Origin: the human T2T-CHM13v2.0 reference genome, Homo sapiens
DNA length: 64,000 bases
Direction: 5' to 3' (one strand)
Assembly: GCF_009914755.1 (NCBI RefSeq)
Contig: NC_060938.1
Of the stretch, positions 1 through 13,033 are shown piece by piece. Numbering within the stretch: position 1 is the stretch's first letter; every line of letters begins with the position of its first letter. The translations under genes were made by a program, and so were the position numbers. A model generated the notes under the pieces. The model was given only the letters and a program-made list of their open reading frames with translations. It was not told the DNA's origin and did no database searches.

Positions 1-762
1 TGACTTGGTTAACAGCATGGCTCAGAGGTTCCAAAACTCAGTTTCTGAAACTAATTCAAAATGTGCACTCAAGAAATGAAAAGAAACAATCATAAGCAAA
101 AATACTAAAGTCCTAATGATTTCAACTAATGTTACATTCCCAGAAGAATCAGGGAGCTTCCTAAATATTTCAGGAAAAGTAAAAGTAATGTAGGGTCTCC
201 TTTTCTCTAAGAAAAAATGTTTAATAATTTAGTGACATTTTCATTTTATTATTCATCCATGGAAACATATTGAAAATTTTAACAGTGCTAGGCACTGTGT
301 TAGGCACAAGAGCTCCTAAAAAACAAAGGCATATCTCTGAAATTAAAGATATCATAGCCTATTTGGAATGAATACCAAAACGTCCTATGGTTTTGTAAGG
401 TTAGCCAAAGAAGCCAGAAGGCTTTACAATAATGATTTAAGGAGGTAAGCAGCACATGTAATCAACAGTGTTATGACTCTCTCAAGATGTACACAAACTG
501 GAACAAGCATAAAATATCAATACTTAAAGAGAACAATCAAATTTTTAAAAATATACACCAAGATATATTTTCACAAATAACATTTTTTGTAAGGTGGATA
601 AAAATTGCTGGAGACTAGTTTGCAGTCACAGTTGTCCTCAAAGTTTTGATGACTTGTCAAAGATCAGTCTTGGTCAGTGTAATTGTGATATGTTAACATT
701 ATTGGGGCAAGTAAACAATTATGGTAATTGCCGGGATAGATATACGATCAAGCTGCGATGAG

Positions 763-1144
763 AGCCTTAGTCCATTTGGCTTACTCACTGCTATAAAAAA
801 AATTCCTATATACAAACTGGATGGCTTATGCACAACAGAATTTTTTTTCTCAGAGTTCTAGGAGGCTGGAAAGTCCAAGATCAATGAGCAGCAGATGTGG
901 TGTCTGATGAGAGCCTGCTTTCTTGTTCATAGATGGTGCCTTCACATTGTGTCCTCACAGGGTGGAAGGGGCTAGCAAGCCCCCTTGGGCCTTTTTTTAT
1001 AAGGGTATTAATCTCATTTATGAGGACTCTACCCTCATGACCTAATCACTTTCCAAAAGTCCACCTCTTAATACCATCACCTTTGGGGTTATGCTTTCAA
1101 CATACAAATAAATTTCTGGGGAGACAAACATTCAGACCATAGCA
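763..1144 (-). mobile_element. MaLR solo LTR, MLT1A/MLT1A0-like
   Basis: Typical reverse-complement MLT1A blocks: 'ttctaggaggctggaaagtccaagatca', 'accctcatgacctaatcac', ending 'cattcagaccatagca'. Confidence 0.8.
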
Positions 1145-1909
1145 GAGGGAAAAGAAGAAACTCTACAACTAGGAGTATAAATAATGAGGAGACTTTCAGT
1201 AGCTGAAAGTTAAAATGCCTTGCTGTATATCAGAACTGTTCAAAAGAGGAATCATTAATCCTGCTGTACAGGGATCCATTAGAGCTCAAGAGATGTTAAG
1301 GCAGAGGCCAACTGTCAACACATTGTAGAAAAATTCTAAAACATGAAACTAGGAAATAATCAAGACTTTCCAAATGGATCTAATCCAGAATTTCCAATTC
1401 TGGTTTCCAGGCTTCAGTACAGACTTGCCCACAAAGGATGTAAAACTCTCCATCATGGAACAATCTATACTGGGACAGCTGGGCCCTATATCATCACATA
1501 CCAGGCAGCTCCATGGCAGTCATCAAGGTGACCTTCCCTTTTGTAACATGACTTTCCTAAAGATGAGAATTTTCATCATCCTCATAAACTCTGCATACTT
1601 TTCCAGCCACATTAATTTTAGATGCATCCTAACAATTGTTCTTTACTCTTCAATACTGATGTCTGGCACAGTTGGCAATTTCTTTCCTACTGTTCGCCCT
1701 ATCACAAGTTTTCTTTAATCACAACCTAAACCTTTTGTTTTTCAGAAAGTCATCCCAATTTATTACATTTATTCATGGCCTCCCACAGCAAATACTGACC
1801 ACAAAGATGTGAAATCCTAAAAGTGTGGACAGGGACATGCTTTTATCTTCAAAATCAAAAGTAGAAGAGGGAGATCTTTTTCCAAGCCTGCCTGCTCATC
1901 TTTAATGGT

Positions 1910-2140
1910 AATAAAACATCATTTATCAAGTGGTCTCTCTATGCCTAATACCCTTCTATACACTTTACAGGAATAACCTCATTTAATCTGCTCCACTGAG
2001 TGTGAGTCAAATGCTGTCAATATTTCCTTTTGACATAGGAAACAGAAAGGCAAATGACTTGCCTGCAACTGTCCATCTATGTAACAGAGCAAGGGTTTAA
2101 ACCTAGGCAATGTGGATTTAAAGACTTAACCATTACTCTA
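1910..2140. mobile_element. MIR SINE, degraded
   Basis: 'ctcatttaatc...gaaacaga...aaatgacttgcc...tttaaacctaggca...cttaaccatta' core; edges approximate. Confidence 0.55.
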
Positions 2141-3017
2141 TTCTCTCTCCAGTATATGACAGTTCTTACTATTATGATCCCTATGGGCACATAAACAAGG
2201 TAATTTATTCATTAACTAGCTCTGTTTATAGGAAATAAATCAGAGAAGATGGAGGAGAGGAAGGACTAGTTGCTAGATTAGCAATGATAATCCCATAAAT
2301 TAGATGCTAGAGCCAGTCCAGACATGGATCTACTTGGAGAGAGAATGAAAAACACATAAAGTAGATCCACTCTGATGCCACAGATTTAAGAGAACTAAGC
2401 AGAATAACTGTAATCCCAAAGAGACTGACAGAGAATAGTAACTAAGCAGATAAGATACGTGGATTCTTTCTGATGTGAAGATGGCATGGGAGAGAGAGCG
2501 AAGCCCTCCACATGTGAACGATGACCACCTTTTAAAACTACACAAAAATAAACTGCTAATGCTTTCACAGCAGTATATTTTGTCTACACTATTATTATGA
2601 CCTACTTATATAATGTAACATGGATGCTGTTCTACTCTATTAATATCCACCCATCTATCATTGTTCCCAAATTTTATAACTAGCAAAAATTTACATATAA
2701 CTAACATAAAAAATTTGAGGAGAGTCCATGTTTTGTCCTTTCCTTTTATCTCCCAAAATCTCCTGGAACAGCACCTTGGCAATAATAAGCATTGAATATG
2801 CTGAAGTTAAATCTATTAAAAATGTAGATACCTTTCATGGGAGGAAATATTTTCCCAGAACTTTTGGAAGAAATTAGATGAAACAGGGAATGGAAAAGTT
2901 TATTTTAATTAAATCAGAAAAATGGCATACAGCAAAGAAATGAAAGATATTAATAATTCTAAAAATATTAAGAGAAAGTTTTAGAAAGGAAAAGTATCAT
3001 CATGAAATAGGAAATGA

Positions 3018-3466
<449 letters not shown>

Positions 3467-4373
3467 TAAAGCTTCTAATATTTAACCCCTGGCACAAAAT
3501 CAAACTGGAGGCTGGCTTTAGGGAGAGGATATCTCTTGGCATCTATGCTGTTGTATTTTAACATTTTTAGAGCTACCTGTTGTATCATGCACCTGTCTGC
3601 TCTCAAGTGATTTACTAAAATCAAGAGTTTGTGTGTATTTTCTAGCTGCCTGAACTTAGCCTTCTCTTCTCAAAAGATTTGAGAGAGAGGAGAGAGAGCT
3701 CTTCATTCCCATTCCACGCCCCATACCCTCAACAATGATTGCTTTCTCAATTTCATCCTACAAATTTGAAAGTAGCCAATGTAACTAGCATGATACAGTG
3801 TTAGCAGTCTGTTCTCTGAAGAGAAAAATTGCCTAGCCAGATAAGTTGGCAATACTTGGTTGGCTTTTGTTCCATCATCACATGATAATTACACCATGTA
3901 TCTCTAAGAGCTTACTTTGCAAAATGAACTTCTTATCATTGCACAGCAAGCATAGGCTACCAATTGAGAGAAAACAAGACTTTTCTGGAAAACAGTGACA
4001 CTTCCCTTGCTTTGAAAGGAAATGGAGGATATGGGAAATAATTACAAGTAAAATTACAAGTAGAGTATGGATTATTTATATCCTTACAGAGAAAATATAG
4101 GCCCACCCCACCCTTCTTAAAATTATTATTAGCATTTGTTAAGTAAGGATATATATCAAGCTAAAAAACTATGTTACAAATTATTTTCAAATGACTTTTT
4201 AAAAATCAAAACATCGTGATACCAATGCTTATATTTTAAAAGGACAGTTTGAAACTATTTCAGGGCTCATCTTAGGAAATTGCTGTTTCTAGTTTATGAA
4301 TCGTAAAGGCTGACCAAACATATGGCCCACAAGGACCAGCAGAGTTCCAAAGTGTGGGATTTATTGATTTAAA

Positions 4374-4642
4374 GAAGGAATTTGCAAATGCCTGTAAAAG
4401 ACCAGAGAATCTCTCAATGATTACTACAACTATACTAGTTAACATTTCTGAAAAAGAATGTATTTTAGGCTTTATAGGTCATAAATTCTCTGTTGCAAGT
4501 ACTGAACTCTGCCACTATAGCACAAAAGCAGCCATAGATAATACATAAACAAATGGGTGTGCCTGTGTTTCAAGTAAAGTTTTATCACAAAAATAGATGG
4601 TGAGTCAAGTGTGGCTCATGGATTATAGTTTGCTGATCTCTG
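4374..4642 (+). mobile_element. MER58A hAT-Charlie DNA transposon, interrupted by a ~50-bp insert
   Basis: 'tattttaggcttt...aactctgcc...aaagcagccataga...tagtttgctgatctctg' matches MER58A; 5' end 'gcaaa...ctgtaaaagaccaga' lies upstream of the insert. Confidence 0.8.
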
Positions 4643-5136
4643 ATTTAGAGTCACAAAGACAGCTGACAGAAATTGGACATCAATATCACCATACATGGCA
4701 ACAGAGAGGATATTCCCTCTGAAAATAATAAAGGGAAAAAAAGTGGCACATAGAGTTTCTAAGCTGAAGTTAATATATAAGTGGTATCCTTGGTACATTT
4801 CTTAGATTTTACTTAATGCTATCTGGATAGGCAATAGTTAAATGATTTATTAAAGGTCAAAGTAATTTATTTATATGAAATGCCATCACCACAACAAAAA
4901 TTCAATAGGCATGGTATTTGCATATAACGCCACTCACTAAAAAATATTTGGAGGGAGGGGGATCCTGGGAGGAATCTCTCAATGATTACTACCACCATAA
5001 CATTTCTGTAAAAGAAAAATTTGTTTTTATTTATTATAAGGACATAACCAATTATGTAATATAAGCTAAACTATTTAACATAGTCCCATCAGTCTTCTAA
5101 GCAACATAACAAAACCAAAAGTGTGTATGTGTATAC

Positions 5137-5139
<3 letters not shown>

Positions 5140-5183
<44 letters not shown>
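5140..5183. repeat. (TA)n microsatellite
   Basis: Uninterrupted TA run seen directly. Confidence 0.95.
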
Positions 5184-5186
<3 letters not shown>

Positions 5187-5438
5187 CCTATCCACACACA
5201 CACATATTCTTTGTAACAAAGCAACCAATTACAATGATGCTGCTAATGATGATGATAGTGATGAAGGTCCTAACCATGTAGTTATCAGTAAGAGTACTTT
5301 CCTACCACATTTTGGGAATTATGCTAGACCATTTTACACAATTATTTCTAATCACTGGTATTTCTATGAAGTAGGCACTATCACCCCAACTTACACAGAC
5401 AAGGAAATGCCAACTCTAGGTTACAAATAATAATAAGT

Positions 5439-5600
5439 TAACCAGGCATGGTAGCATGCACTTGTGGTCCCAGCTGCTCAGGAGACTGAAATAGAAGGAT
5501 CCTTGAGTCTGGGAGGTTAAGGCTGCAGTGAGTCATGATTGTGCTACTAAACTCCAGTCTGATTGACAGAGCAAGACTCTGTCTCAAAAGAAAAAAAAAA
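5439..5600 (+). mobile_element. Alu right-arm monomer (AluJ/FRAM)
   Basis: 'ccaggcatggtagcatgcacttgtggtcccagct...ggctgcagtgagtcatgattg...gtctcaaaag' plus A tail. Confidence 0.85.
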
Positions 5601-5874
5601 TACTAAACATAAAAAGATGCAGAAAAATGTAACATGTAAGTAAAAGAAAACAAGTCAATAGAAATAGACCTAGGAATGACAGAGCTTATGGAATTAGTAG
5701 ACAAAAGGTTTTGAAAAGCTATCACAAATATGTTCAGAATTTTTTTTAATGTGAAGATAATGAGGAGACAAAGGGAAGATTAAAAAAAGACATCTAGAGA
5801 TGAAAACCATAATTTTGAAATTTAAAAACTACTGCATTTGCTTGACAACAGATTGTATACTGCACATAAAAGAT

Positions 5875-6132
5875 AAACACAAAACACTGCTGAAAGAAAT
5901 TACATATGACACAAATGGAAAAACATTCCACACTCATGGATTGAAAGAATCAATATCATTATAATGGCCATACTTCCAAAGCAACCTACTTATTCAAAGC
6001 TATCCCAATCAAACTACCAATGGCCTTTTTCACAGAACTGGAAAAACTATGCTAAAATTCATATGGAACAAAAATAAGTACAAGTAGCCAAGGAAATCCT
6101 AAGCAAAAAGAACAAAGCTGGAGGCATCACAT

Positions 6133-6172
<40 letters not shown>

Positions 6173-7895
6173 TCAAACTATGCTAATGAAGCTACAGTAA
6201 CCAAAACAGTATGGTACTGGTATAAAAAGATACATACCAATGGAACAGAATGGAGAACCTAGAAACAAAGCCACACACCTACAATCATCTGATCTTCAAG
6301 AAAGTTGACAAAATAAGCAAAGAGGAAAGGACTCTGTATTCAATAAATGGTGCTGGGATAGCTGGCTAGCCATATGCAGAATAAAGCTGGACCTCTACCT
6401 TTCACCATATACAAAAATTAACTCAAGATGGATTACACAATTAAATGTAAGACCTCAAATTATAGGAATCCTAGAAGAAAACCTAGGAAACATCATTCTG
6501 GATGTCAGCGTTGGGAAAGAATTTATGACTAAGTCTTCAAAAGCAATTGCAACAAAAACAAAAATTGACAAAAGGGACCTAACTAAACTAAAGGACTTCT
6601 TCACAGAAATAAAAACTATTAACAGAGTAAACATATAAGCTACAGAACAGGAGAAAATATTTGCAAACTATGAATCCAACAAAAAACTAATACCCATAAT
6701 CTATAAGGAACTTAAACAACTCAGCAAGCAAAAGTCAAACAACCCCATTAAAAAGTGGGCAAAGGACATGAAAAGACACTTCTCAGAAAAAGACATATGA
6801 GCAGCCAACAAACCTGAGAAAATGCTCAATGTTACTCATTGTTAGAGCAATGCAAATCAAACCCACACTGAGATACTATCTCATGTCAGTCAGAAAGGCT
6901 TTTGTTAAAAAGTCAAAAAATAATAGATGCCGGTGAGGCTGCAGAGAAAAAGGAACACTTATACACTATTGATGGGAATGTAAATCAGTTCAGCCAGTGT
7001 GGAAATCAGTTTGAAGATTTCTCATAGAACTTAAAACAACTACCATTTGACTCAGCAATTCCATTACTGGGTATATACCCAAAAGAAAATAAATCACTCT
7101 ACAAAAAAAATACATGCATTCATGTATTAGTCAGGGTTCTCTAGAGGGACAGAACTAAAAGTGTGTATATATATGTATACATATATATATAAGTATACAT
7201 ATATATATGCCCTTTTCTATATATATATATATATATATGCCCCTATATATATATAGGGGAGTTTATGGCTGTCATATGTAATATATAGATATATTTTATA
7301 TATATAAAGAGGAGTTTATTATTAACTTACATGATCACAAGATCTTACAATAGGCTGCCTGCAAGCTTGAGGAGCAAGGAGAGCCAGTCCGAGTCTCAAA
7401 ACTGAAGAACTTGAAATATGATGTTCTAGTTATAACAAAATCATGCCCTTTACAGCAACATGAACGCAATTAGGGGTCCTCACAACTAGTCAAGGTTCTC
7501 CTACCGAAAAAGACATTGGTAGTTTGATTGTGATAGCATTGAATCAGTAGGTTGCTTTGGGAAGTATGCCCATTTTAATGATATTGAGTCTTTCAATCCA
7601 TTATCCTAAGTGACTTAATGGAGGAACAGAAAAACAAATACTGCATGTTCTCACTTAGAAGTGGGAGCTAAACATTGGGTACACATGTGCATAAAGATGG
7701 AAGCAACAGACACAGGGACTACTGGAAGCGGGAGGGAAGGAGGAGTGCAGGGACTGCAAAACTAACTATTGAGTACTATATAGTACTCACTGCTTGGGTG
7801 ATGGAATCATTTATACCTCAAACCTGAGTATCATGCAATAAACCCATGTAACAAACCTGCACATATACCCTCTAAATCTAAAATAAACGTTGATA
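5875..7895 (+). mobile_element. 5'-truncated L1 (L1PA15-16/L1PB4-like), ORF2 3' half plus 3'UTR, rearranged
   Basis: ORF2 motifs 'caataaatggtgctggga' and 'aaaattaactcaagatgg'; 3'UTR 'gtgggagctaaacattgggtacacatg...aacaaacctgcacatatacc'; internal (TA)n at 6135-6167. Confidence 0.85.
7123..7429 (-). mobile_element. MLT2A (HERV-L LTR) partial, U5/R end
   Basis: Starts 'tgtattagtcagggttctctagagggacagaact'; contains 'gaggagcaaggagagccagtccgagtctcaaaactgaagaac'. Confidence 0.85.
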
Positions 7896-8950
7896 TTATA
7901 GTACTCTAATGTACACTCATGACAATCCTAAGGCATAAGTGATTATAAATAAAAATAAACAAACATGAAAGCAATAAAAAATAAAATACATAAGCCCTAA
8001 AAAAAACCCTATAAACCCACAGACCCTCAAATATCAGCAAACCTCAAGCTGGAAAAAGAGACAATCTTAAGGAGCCAGAGAAAAAAAGACACTTTAAATA
8101 CAGGGAATAAATATAAGAATTTATTTAAACAATATAAGTTGGAAGAAAATAGAATAACACCTTTCATACACTAAAGGAAAAAAAGTTGGTAAGCCAGTTT
8201 AAAAAATAAAAACTCTGGAAATTAAGGCAAATAAAGATATTTTTAAACAAATAAAGACAGAGAATTCATTGCCACCACACCTGCACCATAATTAATGTTA
8301 AAGAAAGTTCTTCTGGCTGGTGGAAAATTATACCAGATAGAAATTTAAATGTGCACAAGGAATAAAGAGTGCTGAAAGTGGTAAGTATGTGAGTAAATAT
8401 AAGATATATTACTCATTTTAAAATTTACTTAAGTGATAACTGTTTAAAGAAAAATCTATAAATTTTGTTTATAACTTGTGTAGAAATAAAACACTTGATA
8501 ATAATAGCACAAAGGACAGGAGGTAAGAATGAAAACATACTGTTCTTATACTATGAAGTGCTAAAATATGTGAAAAGTTAATATTACATTATGGTAACTT
8601 AAAGATGTATATTGTAACCCTATAGAAACTACTAAAACAAATAAGTATAGCTAATAGACCAACAGTTGCTATAAAATAAAGTAGTAGAAGATACTGAATC
8701 CAAGAGAAAGCAGGATAATATGGGGGAAAGGAGATAATGTTGGACAAATCAAAGCTACTGGCAAGATCAAAACTTTATCCCCACTATTTTGATCATCCAA
8801 TTAAATGTAAATGGTCTAAACACCCCAATTTAAAAAGCAGACTGTCAGGCTGTGGAACAAAGCAGGACCAACAAACTACATGCTATCTACAAAACAAACA
8901 AACAAAAAACCCATACAAACACACACATTTTTAAAATAAGCAAATAATAA

Positions 8951-9117
8951 GGTCTAATGATATTAAACAGTCACCTCCAGAAACCCTAAAACCAACGAAA
9001 GGACTCCATCCTTAATACTCTGTTCCTCTAAAACCACCCCTGCAACCAAAATCTGTATTAGTCAAGGTTCTCTAGAGAGGGTTATCTAGTTCTCTAGTTC
9101 TCTAGTCAGGGTTCTCA
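8951..9117 (-). mobile_element. HERV-L LTR/PBS/leader junction fragment
   Basis: Reverse complement of 8951-9053 reads gattttggttgcaggggtggttttagaggaacagagtattaaggatggagtcctttcgttggtttt..., matching the HERVL-int 5' start; it abuts the LTR end 'tgtattagtcaaggttctctagag' at 9054. Confidence 0.75.
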
Positions 9118-9474
9118 TAATTAGTCTGTGTAAAGTAAATTTGAACATTCATTTTACAAATGAAGATATACAACTGGCCAATAAGCCATGAAAATATACT
9201 CAACATCATTAGTCACCAGGAAAATGTAAATTAAAACAATAATGAAATAACAGTACACACTTATTTTAAAAGACTGACAATACCAATTGATAGAACTAAA
9301 ATTCTGATACATTGCTAAGTAGAATGTAAAATAGTAGTATAACCACTGTAGAAAACAGTTTGCCAGTTTCTTAATCATGTTGAAAATATACAAACCATAT
9401 GACCTAGCACTTTCATTCTAAATATTTCCCCGAGAAAAATGAAAATCTATTCCCATAGAAATACCTTAGCACTA

Positions 9475-9816
<342 letters not shown>

Positions 9817-10162
9817 CTAAAATTATAAGCAACCCAAATTATCATCAGCAGGTAAATAAATTAGCAAACTATCGTATATTGCTACAATGGAATATCACTC
9901 CATAAATAAAAAATAAAAATCTACACACTACTGATACTTACAAAAATATGGAAGAATCTTAAAACATACTTAATGAAAAAGCTATATACAAAAGGTTACA
10001 TACTGTATTATTTCAGACAGGCAGTGTGATTTATAGTGACAGCTGATTTGCAGTTGCCTAGGGTTGGGTAGGGAGTGAAGATCAAAGCAAAGGAGCATGA
10101 GGAAACTTACTGAACTGATGAAGCTGTTATACCTCTTGATTACAGTGGTGGTTGTAAGGGTA

Positions 10163-10473
10163 CAGTTGTTCCCTTTTATTCACAGTTTTCTCTTCTGCAG
10201 TTTCAGTTATCTACACCAACTGCTTTCTGAAAATTTTTAAGAATGTATAAGATATTTTGAGAGACATAAACCATGTAATATAGTATATTGTTATAATTGT
10301 TCTTTTTTAAGTTATTGTTAACCTCTCACTGTGGCTAATTTATAAATTAAACTTTATCATAGTAAGTATGTATAGGGAAAAATATAGTATTTATATGGTT
10401 TGGTTATATCTGCACTTTCAGGCATACACTGGGGGTCTTGGAACATATTTCCTGTGGGTGAGGGGGGAGTACT
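10163..10473 (-). mobile_element. MER44A-like TcMar-Tigger MITE
   Basis: 'ttcaggcatacactgggggtcttggaacatattt...ggggagtactg' end and 'ctaatttataaattaaactttatcatag' core. Confidence 0.75.
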
Positions 10474-10789
10474 GCATACTTTCATTAAAACTAATCTACT
10501 GCACACTTAAATATCTTGGCTGTATGCAAATTATAGTAATAAAGTTGATTTTAAGAGAAAAAAAGAGATACCATTATTATAGAAATCCATCTGCTTGCTA
10601 AATATACACAACCTTGGAAAAGTTTTGTATTACTGTAAGTACCCTCTTATGTAGTGTTATGTAAAATAGGTCCAATAATAACGCCTAATTCTTATATTCT
10701 CCCTTTACCAGTTGTTAGTTCTCATCATGGTTATACTTTGTACTTTTTGATGAATGCAAGACAGGTGGAAGTAATTGCCAAATTCATAA

Positions 10790-11172
<383 letters not shown>

Positions 11173-11611
11173 TAATGTATGATGGGACCCAATATTAGAC
11201 AATAGAAATAGATTGGGGACCGATATCAAGATAACTTTTCAAAAAATTTAAAAATAACTTACATGCTTTCCAAAATAAGCAAGTTTTTTTTCAAATGCTA
11301 ATAAGAAATTTAATATATAAATTCTATTTTAAAGCCAGATTTTCAGGAATGATTAGTACAGAGAAAATGCATATACGTAAAGTAACTAAAAAGATTCCCT
11401 ATAGGTTACATTAAATTATGGATTTATAAGTTATTAATTAAAAAATTTGAATATTTAACTATGAAATTATGAGAAGGAAATGAAGTCAGGTGACACTAAG
11501 GAAAATAAGGCTTCAGTCAGCCTATATTTGAGTTCTTCATAAAAGCAAAGTGAGGAATAGAAGAGAGACAAAATGTAGATGAAAAATTCAAAACAAAAAA
11601 GAGACATTTTA

Positions 11612-11912
11612 AGCTGGGCATGGTGGCTCACAACTGTAATTCCAGCCCTTTGGGAGGCCAAGGCAGGAGTCACTTGAGGCTAGTTCAAGACCAACCTGGA
11701 CAGCATAGTAGGACCCCATCTCTACAAATATTTAAAAACTAAAAAATTATCTGGGCATGATGGCACACAAGGCTAGTCCCACATAATTGGGACACTGAGG
11801 CAGGAGGATCACTTGAGCCCAGGGTGTCCAGGCTGCAGTGAGCCATGATGATGTCACTGTACTACAGCCTGGGTGACAGAGTGAGACACTGACTCAAAAA
11901 AAAGAGAGAGAG
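11612..11912 (+). mobile_element. AluJ
   Basis: Diverged dimer with 'ggaggatcacttgagccc'; TSD agagacatttt. Confidence 0.9.
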
Positions 11913-12892
11913 AGAGACATTTTTGTCCTAATTTTGCACTTGGTCTAAATGATTTGGACGGCCCATCTCTCTTATCTCATGTCTCTTTTATACCACTGCA
12001 GGAAGTATTCATACAAAAAACAATAATAGTAAGTCATCCTTCCAAGTATACCATGAGTCTAGACTTCAATTTTCCTGTGATCTCTGATTCCCTGCTGCTG
12101 ACAATGGCCACATCCCAAAGTCCTGTTTCATCCACAATAGGAGGGCTTAAGTTGCATCGCTTTGTTTTCAGAAACTGCAGTGCCTTTGTAGAAGCAACTA
12201 ACACAGAAAAATTAAGTAGAAGTTCAAGGTTACAGAAAAAATAGGTGGGTGCTCTGGAAAAAAAATGCTGATCCATTAATAACTGAGAACAAAACACTGC
12301 AGGTAAAAGAGAAATCTTTGTTAAACACCCCAGGTCAAAAAACTAGCTTCCTTAAAAATAACAGAAAATTACATTTGTGTTTGCTCTTAAGTGATCTTTC
12401 TTGTACCTAGATCTTATTTATTTTGCACTATGAATCTTTTTGGAATTCATTTATTTGACACAATTATGAAGCCATTTGCTAAACATTTCAATTTTAGGCA
12501 CTGTACTAGACATAGGTAAGAAAAAAATGAATATGAAACTGTGGCTTCTGTGGCTTTTGTGGCTTTTGCCATTGAGAAGCTAGAAATAACCATTGGCAGC
12601 CCTGCTTACCCAGTGCAAATTCCACATGCTAACATTATCAGTATGACTTAGGAACACTGAAATTAGTCTTTTCAGTTTACAAGATTTGGGAGCTGCCAGA
12701 ATACCCCGTTACACCTAAGGCTGGTGACTGTGAAAGAGCACAAAACGCATTGCACATGGGTAGGAATTAGGAATAATTAAGGTGCCTTTTCAGACCCTAG
12801 CAGGAAACATTGATACGACCTTAAGGATAAATACCCACCAACTCCTGCTGACATACAAAAAAGCACAATATGTTTTAGGCAAGGCATCAGCA

Positions 12893-13033
12893 GTCAGCTA
12901 TTGTTACAGGCACATACTCCTAAATTAGGTATTCAATCTCGTCTGCCTATTAAGCTAAGTTGCAGTTCATTCACAAGGACTCAAATATGGAAGTATGGAG
13001 TCCTTCTCAGGCCGTATTTAGTTTGCTTTAACA
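12893..13033 (-). mobile_element. MER57A-like ERV1 LTR, 5' fragment
   Basis: Reverse complement begins tgttaaagcaaactaaatacggcctgagaaggactcc. Confidence 0.65.

Noticed and set aside
11954-12297. Overlapping ORFs in unique sequence as a coding exon
   Set aside because: A plausible minus-strand acceptor exists, but there is no good donor and no recognisable homology.
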